Origin: Candidatus Eiseniibacteriota bacterium
GTDB taxonomy: Bacteria > Eisenbacteria > RBG-16-71-46 > SZUA-252
Length of the DNA stretch: 10,201 bases
Reading direction: 5' to 3'
Assembly (NCBI GenBank): GCA_031370645.1
Contig: JANMQV010000195.1
Location: 1-10,201, forward strand
The stretch's first letter is position 1; every line of letters starts with the position of its first letter. This document shows positions 1-6,087 of this stretch, one piece after another. The notes below the pieces were generated by a model that saw only the letters and a program-made list of their open reading frames with translations, ran no database searches and was not told the origin of the DNA. The translations under genes were made by a program, and so were the position numbers.

Positions 1-146
1 TCCTTCCCCTGGATGATGCGGAGATAACGCGGCCCGTTGATCTTCAGTTCGTTCAGCGTGGCGAACGCCACGAGACCGAAGAGGACGAACCCCGCGAGCG
101 CAAGAAGCGCGCTGCCGAGGAGCTGGCGCCGGATCGTGAACTTCAT
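1..146 (-). CDS. Methyl-accepting chemotaxis protein, 5' end only (runs off the window)
   Basis: ATG at 146-144 with AGGAG (160-156) upstream. Translates MKFTIRRQLLGSALLALAGFVLFGLVAFATLNELKINGPRYLRIIQGK: basic N-terminus, one TM helix, start of a periplasmic domain. Lies directly downstream of cheA-cheW. The signalling domain is not visible, so the product is inferred. Not in the ORF track. Confidence 0.75.
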   Translation of the reverse strand, partial: MKFTIRRQLLGSALLALAGFVLFGLVAFATLNELKINGPRYLRIIQGK

Positions 147-194
147 GACAACGGACTCCTTCCGTGACGCCCGGCCGCGCCGGGTCCGTGATTC

Positions 195-632
195 CTACGC
201 ATACGCCACCCGCAACACCTCTCCGAGTTCGAGTTCGAGGAGCAAGCGGTCGTGAAGAGGGAACACTCCATGAATCAATTGACGCGCGATGCCGTGCACC
301 GTCTCCGGCGCCCGCTCCCGCGACGATTCCGTCACCTGAACGACATCGCCGATTTCGTCCACCAGAAGGCTCGCGGCCGCGTCCTCGCGCCCGCGCACCA
401 CGATCGTCGCGCGATCCTCGCCGCTCACCGCGGCCGGCAGATCGAGGCAGCAGCGGAGATCGACCGCGGGGACGATGTGCCCGCGCAGATTGATGATTCC
501 GCGCACGGCCGGCGACGAGAGCGGAAGACGCGTGATCTGCTGGCGCCGGAGCACTTCCTGGACGAAGGCGATGTCGAGACCCAGGAGGTGGTCCGCCACT
601 TGAAACGTGCAGAGCAGCCGTACTTCCGCCAT
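195..632 (-). CDS. cheW: Chemotaxis coupling protein CheW (145 aa)
   Basis: Motifs LCTFQV, GLDIAFVQEVL, ITRLPLSSPAVRGIINLRGHIVPAVDLR and LLVDEIGDV; starts 3 nt after the cheA stop. Confidence 0.96.
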   Translation of the reverse strand: MAEVRLLCTFQVADHLLGLDIAFVQEVLRRQQITRLPLSSPAVRGIINLRGHIVPAVDLRCCLDLPAAVSGEDRATIVVRGREDAAASLLVDEIGDVVQVTESSRERAPETVHGIARQLIHGVFPLHDRLLLELELGEVLRVAYA

Positions 633-635
633 GGC

Positions 636-2822
636 TCAGGCCCCTTTCCCGGCGTGGGCCGGAACGAAATCGCGGCCGATGGCCGACGAACCGAGGAGTC
701 GCTCGAGGTCGAGGAGTTCCGTCACCGAACCGCGAACGACCACCGCGCCCGCGAATCCGGCGCGAGCCCCGGGCGATGCCGTGACGGCCATCCGCTCCTC
801 CACGATTTCCACGATCGACTCGACCACGAGACCGAGCGACCGGCCGCCGTGATCGTGAACGACCACCGCGAGCGGATCCCGATCACCCAGCCACTCCGCG
901 TCCGCCGACTTCGCGGAGCCGCTCAGGTCGAGAATGGCGCCGAGCGAGACGAGCGGGAGGATTCCGCCGCGGTACTGCACCATCGCGCGTTCGCCGATCC
1001 GCTCCACCAAGCGGCGCGGAATCTCTTCCAGGCGCGCGATCTGCTCTTGGGGAATGGCGACCGTCCAGCGTGCACCGGCGTGACAGAGCACGATCGTCCG
1101 AAGCGGCACCGATGGCGAGTCCGGGACAAGCTTCTGGACCGGGAGAGGAGCGCCGCCGGAGCGGACGCTGATCCCCGCGTGACGCGCCAGTCCGGGGACA
1201 TCGAGAATGAGCGCCACCGCGCCGTCGCCGAGGATCGTCGCTCCTGCGAAGACGGCGATCTGTCGAAGTTGCTCGATGAGCGGTTTGACGACGATTTCCT
1301 GCGACGCCACGATCGAATCGACCACGAGCCCTAGGGTGACGCCGTCGGCGTGAACCACGGCGATGGAGGTGGCCTCGTTCTGCCGCTCCGTGGAGGGGAA
1401 ACCCGGTACCCGGAGCACCTCCCTGAGATCGAGGAGGGGAAGAAGCCCGTCGCGATAGCGGAGCACCGGCGCGTCGAAGGCGACCGGGAGGCGAATGGCG
1501 GCCTCCGCCGCTTCGACACGGATCAGTTCGGTCAGGTTCACCTGAGGAATGGCGTAGCGCTCACCGCCGGCCGTCACGATCAGGGCCGGAACGATGGCCA
1601 GCGTGAGGGGAATTCGAATCCGCACCGCCATGCCTTGCCCAGGGCGCGATTCGACCTCGATAGCGCCGCCGATTCGCTCCACGTTGTTCCTCACGACGTC
1701 CATGCCGACGCCCCGCCCCGAAACGCTCGTCACGCGCTCGGCGGTCGAAAAGCCGGGAAGGAAGATCACGTTCGCCAAGTCGCGGTCGGACATGTGCGGC
1801 GCGCGCTCGGCCGAAATCAACTGCTGCTGGAGGGCGCGCTCGCGGATTCGGTCCAAGGGAAGCCCGGCGCCGTCATCCGTGATTTCGACGTGCACCTTTC
1901 CGCCCTCGTGGAACGCGCGGAGGAGAAGCCGCCCCTCGGCGGGCTTTCCCTTCGCGGTCCGCTCGGCCGGCGATTCGATGCCGTGATCGATCGCGTTTCG
2001 CACCAGATGCGTGATCGGATCGCGCATCGCCTCGATGATCGAGCGATCGAGCTCCGTCTCAGCACCCTCCAGGTCAAGCCGAACGCTCTTGCCGCACGAC
2101 GCGGCGACGTCGCGCGTCAGGCGGGGGAGCTTGCTCCAGAGGTTTCCGATCGCTTGCATGCGGGTCTTCATGACCTGTTCCTGAAGGTCGGTCGTCACGT
2201 GATTCAGGCGCTGCGCGGTGGCGGGAAGATCGACGGCGTTGCCCGAAGCGACTTCGAGAAGGAGCTGGTTCCGGGCGAGCACGAGCTCCCCGACGAGATT
2301 CATGAGGCGATCGAGGAGATGGACGTCGACTCGAACGCTCGATTCGACAGGGGCGGCGGATTCGGAGGACTCGACGGGGGCCGCCAACTCGGAGTTCTCG
2401 ACGGGTGCGGCCGGCTCGGGCGCCACGTCCGGCTCCCCGGCATCGAGTTGATTTAGCCGCGCGATCAGCGGCTCGTAGGTCTCGTCACCCTCCTCCTGCG
2501 TCGCGTTGATCCGCGCGAGAATGGCGCGAACCGCATCGACGAGCGCAAGGAGCGCGTTCGCGACTTCCGGCGTGTGCGCTCGCTCGCCGCTCCGCAAGCG
2601 GCCGAGGAGGTTCTCGCCCGCGTGGGTTACCGCCGCGAGCTTCGTAAATCCGAAGAAGCCGCACGTCCCCTTGATGGAGTGAACGGCGCGGAAGAGCGTG
2701 CCGATCCGCTTCAGATCGCCAGGTTCGCGCTCCAGCGCGACGAGCTCCTGCTCGACGCGTTCCGCGTTTTCGAGGCTCTCCGAGAGAAACTCCCGAAGAA
2801 TGCCTTCGTCCATCGTTCCCAT
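636..2822 (-). CDS. cheA: Chemotaxis histidine kinase CheA (Hpt, dimerisation, HATPase, two CheW-like domains)
   Basis: Hpt LFRAVHSIKG; SVRVDVHLLDRLMNLVGELVLARNQL; N box HLVRNAIDHGIE; G1 DDGAG; F box IFLPGFST; G2 SGRGVGMDVV; two CheW-like C-terminal domains. GAGAGGA precedes ATG 2822 (alternative ATG 2813). Confidence 0.97.
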   Translation of the reverse strand: MGTMDEGILREFLSESLENAERVEQELVALEREPGDLKRIGTLFRAVHSIKGTCGFFGFTKLAAVTHAGENLLGRLRSGERAHTPEVANALLALVDAVRAILARINATQEEGDETYEPLIARLNQLDAGEPDVAPEPAAPVENSELAAPVESSESAAPVESSVRVDVHLLDRLMNLVGELVLARNQLLLEVASGNAVDLPATAQRLNHVTTDLQEQVMKTRMQAIGNLWSKLPRLTRDVAASCGKSVRLDLEGAETELDRSIIEAMRDPITHLVRNAIDHGIESPAERTAKGKPAEGRLLLRAFHEGGKVHVEITDDGAGLPLDRIRERALQQQLISAERAPHMSDRDLANVIFLPGFSTAERVTSVSGRGVGMDVVRNNVERIGGAIEVESRPGQGMAVRIRIPLTLAIVPALIVTAGGERYAIPQVNLTELIRVEAAEAAIRLPVAFDAPVLRYRDGLLPLLDLREVLRVPGFPSTERQNEATSIAVVHADGVTLGLVVDSIVASQEIVVKPLIEQLRQIAVFAGATILGDGAVALILDVPGLARHAGISVRSGGAPLPVQKLVPDSPSVPLRTIVLCHAGARWTVAIPQEQIARLEEIPRRLVERIGERAMVQYRGGILPLVSLGAILDLSGSAKSADAEWLGDRDPLAVVVHDHGGRSLGLVVESIVEIVEERMAVTASPGARAGFAGAVVVRGSVTELLDLERLLGSSAIGRDFVPAHAGKGA
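2337..2411 (-). repeat. In-frame tandem repeat, 27-bp period, about 3 copies, in the CheA P1-P3 linker
   Basis: Encodes AAPVENSEL-AAPVESSES-AAPVESS; plus-strand cores tcgac(a/g)gg(g/t)gc at 2344, 2371 and 2398. Confidence 0.9.
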
Positions 2823-2957
2823 GCGGCGAATTCCTCTCGATTGGCGCGCCGAAGCGCGGAAACCCCACCTCGCGTCACCAATCGGCGCGCGGGGTGGCGT
2901 TCTTGAGCAAATCGTTGCAGGGCTAGGAGGATGCGGGCGGCAAGTGACGCGGGGAAA

Positions 2958-4502
2958 CTAGTGCTTCAGGCGGCCGAGCCAGGTCCAAGCCTGGTCCCGT
3001 TCGGGGCCGGGCGGCGCGTAGAGGAGGTACTGGCGGGCTGCTGAGATGGCTGCCTCGCGGCGCGCCGCACTCGGCTCCGCCGCCCACGCCTGGAATCGCG
3101 CCTGAGCCCACTCCCGGCGCGCGACGGCGAGCTGTTCGGGGGCGCTCTGGAGAAGCGGGATCGCCCGCTCCCACGCTTCCGACGACCGGTCGAATGCGGC
3201 GGGAGTCTTCGATTTCGCCGCCTCAAGGCTTGCGCCCTTTGCGTCGCGCATGGCGGCCGCGCCCGGGTCGGGTTTGGTGAGCGCGTTCGACAGGTTGGCC
3301 GGGGCGGGCGCGTCGCGCTCTGCGGCCGGCGCGACGTCCGTCCCAGAGATGACCGTCTCCGAGATGACCGTCCGAACGGGGACGAAGTTCGTCGTCGCCC
3401 GCTCGACCAGGCGTTCCGGCGGAGGAGCCGGCGTCGTCGCGGGCGTCGGCTTCGGAGTCGGTACCGGCTTCTTCTTCGATTGCGGCGGCGAGGCGATTGC
3501 GGCGGCGATGGCCGGCTCGGTTTTGACGGGCGCCGGAGTCTCGATCGTCGGCACATTGTTCTCGCGCGGCGCGAGATCCGGCGTCTCCACTTCGATCTGC
3601 TCGGGCTCCGGGGCCAAATCGTTGGACTCCGCCATCTGCGGAGCCGGTGCTTCCTCCGCTTCCGTTACCGGAGCGGGTGGGGCGGATCGGTCGAGGAGTT
3701 CTTCGGGCGTCGGCGCCGATGCCTTCGCGGGCGTCGCGCCCGTCGTCGCGCCCTCGACTTTCGCCGATGGGATCGCGCCATTTGGCCCGTTGTCGCGAGG
3801 ACGAAGCGTGACCCAAGCGATGCTCCCCGCCACGAGACAGCAGGCGACGGCGACGATCGCGGCGGCGCGAGGGCTGAGCCCATGCGGGGATGGGTCCTCG
3901 GCACGGCGCTGGGGCCGGACCATCGACCGGCGCGTGGGCCGCGCGGGCACCGGCGTCCCACGCGCCGGACGCTCCGGGCGAACGACCGCGGGCTCTTCGC
4001 GCATGAGTCGTTCCGCGCGCCCGACCACGTGCTCCTCACGAACCGGCGGGGCCGGCGTCTCGGCCACCGGAAGAACCGGCGCTGCCTCCACGGGAACAAC
4101 CGGTTCCGCGTGCGGCGGCGCGATCGGCTCATCCCACGTAGGAGCCGCGGAGACTTCGCGTCGCTCGGGCGCGGGCTTCTGTCTCGGCTCCGGAGTGATC
4201 TTCGCTCTGGCTTTCCGCTTCGCATCCTTCTTCGACGTCGGCTTCGTCTCCGGCACCGGAACGCGCCGCTCCACGGGGTCGGGCTGACCCAGCGAAATCG
4301 AAGCGCAGAGCTGTTGGAAGAATGCGTCGTCGGGCTCGTCGCTGAGAATGCGGACGAGCGACTCTTCCTGTGCCTCGAGCCGCGCGAATCGCTCGGTACA
4401 TTCGAGGCACTCGGAGAGATGCCGGCGAACGAGCTCGGCCGAGGCTTCGGCGAGTTCGTCGTCGAGGAAGGCGCAGAGCTGCGGCAGGGTGACGTGAATC
4501 AC
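2958..4502 (-). CDS. Zinc-binding (ZAS/zf-HC2) membrane anti-sigma factor, 514 aa
   Basis: H3-x24-H28-x3-C32-x2-C35 at the N-terminus; single TM at about aa 213-233; Pro/Ala-rich linkers either side; helical C-terminal domain. GTG start overlaps the sigma TGA stop (GTGA). Confidence 0.88.
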   Translation of the reverse strand: MIHVTLPQLCAFLDDELAEASAELVRRHLSECLECTERFARLEAQEESLVRILSDEPDDAFFQQLCASISLGQPDPVERRVPVPETKPTSKKDAKRKARAKITPEPRQKPAPERREVSAAPTWDEPIAPPHAEPVVPVEAAPVLPVAETPAPPVREEHVVGRAERLMREEPAVVRPERPARGTPVPARPTRRSMVRPQRRAEDPSPHGLSPRAAAIVAVACCLVAGSIAWVTLRPRDNGPNGAIPSAKVEGATTGATPAKASAPTPEELLDRSAPPAPVTEAEEAPAPQMAESNDLAPEPEQIEVETPDLAPRENNVPTIETPAPVKTEPAIAAAIASPPQSKKKPVPTPKPTPATTPAPPPERLVERATTNFVPVRTVISETVISGTDVAPAAERDAPAPANLSNALTKPDPGAAAMRDAKGASLEAAKSKTPAAFDRSSEAWERAIPLLQSAPEQLAVARREWAQARFQAWAAEPSAARREAAISAARQYLLYAPPGPERDQAWTWLGRLKH

Positions 4503-5077
4503 GCGGTGCCCTCGCCCTTCGCGGCGGCCTCGATGCCGCGCTGCAGCAGATACCCGCGAGCCGAGGAGAGACGCGCGAGCGCGATCACCGAGGGCTGATC
4601 GAGGAGCGTCCCGATCTGCTCGTGCGGAAGATGTTCCACGACGCGGAGGGCGAGCGCAGCCTGCTCGTCGGGCCTAAGCGCGCGGATCGCTTCCCGAATC
4701 GCGCGTTCCACGACCGCCTCTTCACGATCTTCTTCCGAGAGGTCGGCGGCGAGGTCGGGATGGACCGAGGCCACGCCGGCGTGACGCCGCGCGTACGCGA
4801 TCGAGAGATTGCGAGCGAGGTGAAGCACCCAGGGGAAGAACCGCTTCCCCTCGGGGATTCCCTTGAGCCCGAACCATGCACGGCTGAACGACTCGCGTGT
4901 GATCCCGGACGCGGCTTCCCGATCGCGCGTGAGCGCGAAGACGTGACGATAGACGGGCTTCACGTAGTGGTCGGCGAGCGCGAGAAACGCCTGACGATTC
5001 CCCTGCAACGACGAGCGCATGAGTCCCTTCTCCTCGGACTCGCTCAGCCAGGTGAACCGCGGCTCGCGGGCGCTCAT
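4499..5077 (-). CDS. ECF-type sigma-70 family RNA polymerase sigma factor (192 aa), divergent
   Basis: Region 2 (AFLALADHYVKPVYRH...FFPWVLHLARN) and region 4 (AIRALRPDEQAALALRVVEHLPHEQIGTLL...RLSSAR). ATG 5077 preferred over the track start 5140 because AAGGAGGAAGGC precedes it. Confidence 0.88.
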   Translation of the reverse strand: MSAREPRFTWLSESEEKGLMRSSLQGNRQAFLALADHYVKPVYRHVFALTRDREAASGITRESFSRAWFGLKGIPEGKRFFPWVLHLARNLSIAYARRHAGVASVHPDLAADLSEEDREEAVVERAIREAIRALRPDEQAALALRVVEHLPHEQIGTLLDQPSVIALARLSSARGYLLQRGIEAAAKGEGTA

Positions 5078-5380
5078 GCCTTCCTCCTTGTACGGTGGCC
5101 GTCTCGTCCTCCCCGGAGATGCCGGGGGGAGATGGCTCACCGGCGACTATCGGCGTAATCGAGAGCGTTCTGTGGCCCTGATCAAGGGAGCGGGCGCGGG
5201 GGAAGGGAGGCGCTTCGGTGACGCTGGCGTCTCCGAGCGGTGTCATCTTGTAAGTAATTATGGGAATACAACTTAGTCGTCGATTTCACTCCAGCGACGA
5301 GATCGCCGGGGCCTGGCGGTTACGCGGACCCTCGTCCGGGACGACGCCCGAGTCCTGCGGGTCGTCCATATCAGCCTATA

Positions 5381-5393
5381 AACAAACGAGTTA
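5381..5393 (+). promoter_or_regulatory. IHF-like binding site
   Basis: AACAAACGAGTTA matches 7 of 9 specified positions of WATCAANNNNTTR, in an AT-rich island about 30 bp upstream of a sigma54-like -24 element. Confidence 0.45.
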
Positions 5394-5420
5394 TGCGATT
5401 GTCCCCACCGCCGCATCCTG

Positions 5421-5436
5421 CGGCACGCCTCCTGCC
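5421..5436 (+). promoter_or_regulatory. Sigma54-type -24/-12 promoter candidate
   Basis: CGGCACGCCTCCTGCC versus consensus TGGCACG-N4-TTGCW; exact GG(5422-23)-N10-GC(5434-35) spacing; predicted +1 near 5447. Confidence 0.5.
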
Positions 5437-5446
5437 ATCCCTCACT

Positions 5447-5648
5447 CCTGTCCGCGGCAACGCGGAAGTGACTGCAACGGAATGAATTGGCGGGGCGTCC
5501 TCTGTATGGGGGAGAGCACTGCGGAGTCGGGGCCGCGGTGTGGTGAAGCCGAGGAGGCGAAGAGGCGTCCCGCCATCAAGTTAGGGGCCTGCGCGGCCCG
5601 CCCAGTGGTGCCTTCGAGCGCCCGGGCCGGGCTCGGCGCGGCCCCTTT
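5447..5648 (+). ncRNA. Candidate structured non-coding RNA or leader RNA of unknown family
   Basis: Hairpin TCCGCG-GCAA-CGCGGA (5451-5466, GNRA loop); stem 5488-5503/5561-5575; inner stem 5516-5524/5533-5541; terminal stem 5583-5594/5636-5646 followed by a short T run. G-U pairs form on the + strand only. No convincing ORF. Confidence 0.4.
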
Positions 5649-5703
5649 CGTCATCTATATAGTACGGAGGCGCACCGCAAGCAATCGCCGGGCCTAATTC
5701 CGG

Positions 5704-5733
5704 TTGACCCTCAAAGCACCCGTCGAGTACCTT
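5704..5733 (+). promoter_or_regulatory. Sigma70-type promoter of the atp operon
   Basis: TTGACC (5704-5709), 18 nt spacer, TACCTT (5728-5733), about 90 bp upstream of the first atp gene. Confidence 0.6.
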
Positions 5734-5823
5734 TCCTGGCTCGAGGTCGTCACCTCGACTCGATGCGTCCTTTCGAACCGCGCTCATCCGAGCGCGGCGG
5801 GTGTCAGCGACGCGGAGGCAACC

Positions 5824-6054
5824 GTGACCGAGAAGGAACCGAACAAGGTCACGGGTTGGCGCCAAATCGGAGTCTTGTCGGCGATCCCGTTCATCCTCGC
5901 TCTCGCACCGATCATCGGGTACTTCCTCGGGACCTATCTCGATAAGAAGTTCCGAACCACGCCCTGGCTCTCGTACGTGCTGCTCGGGCTCGGTTTCGTG
6001 GCGGGTGTGCGCGAGACGATCAACTTGGTGAAGCTGGCTCAGCGGGAGGACTAG
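5824..6054 (+). CDS. atpZ: AtpZ / ATPase gene 1 family membrane protein (76 aa)
   Basis: GGAGG (5814-5818) then GTG 5824; two TM helices with the family pattern IIGYFLGTYLDKKFRTTPW...LLGLGFVAG; first gene of the atp operon. Confidence 0.88.
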   Translation: MTEKEPNKVTGWRQIGVLSAIPFILALAPIIGYFLGTYLDKKFRTTPWLSYVLLGLGFVAGVRETINLVKLAQRED

Positions 6055-6087
6055 ATCCTGCTCCGTACCACCGACAACTCGACGAAC

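Noticed and set aside
252-2456. Long plus-strand ORFs 252-1334 and 1350-2456 and similar overlapping ORFs
   Set aside because: Antisense shadows of cheW/cheA caused by GC-rich codon bias; no recognisable motifs.
5078-5140. Sigma start at 5140
   Set aside because: ATG 5077 has a much stronger SD; the extension is Pro/Arg-rich and overlaps a hairpin (5111-5127).
3250-5158. Plus-strand ORFs 3250-4287, 3480-4598 and 4622-5158
   Set aside because: Antisense to the anti-sigma and sigma genes; low-complexity translations.
5499-5565. Glycine riboswitch (GGAGAG, stem, GCCGAGGAGG)
   Set aside because: Lacks the conserved CUCUCAGG strand and the P3 architecture.
5583-5648. tRNA or tmRNA end (GGGGCC...CAGTGGT...GGCCCC)
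   Set aside because: No T-arm GGTTCRA, no properly placed anticodon arm, no CCA; spacing does not fit a cloverleaf.
5661-5735. c-di-AMP (ydaO)-like riboswitch (GTACGGAGG...ACCCGTC)
   Set aside because: Only scattered word matches; GCUGAAUC, GGGGUGAAU and CAGCUAAC are missing, and the region is better explained as promoter.
5704-5823. N-terminal extension of atpZ from TTG 5704
   Set aside because: That TTG is the -35 hexamer TTGACC; GTG 5824 has a GGAGG SD and gives a family-typical length.
5260-5865. Intergenic ORFs 5260-5697 (+), 5442-5654 (-) and 5581-5865 (-)
   Set aside because: No convincing SD, no protein-like motifs, and they overlap promoter-like and structured elements.
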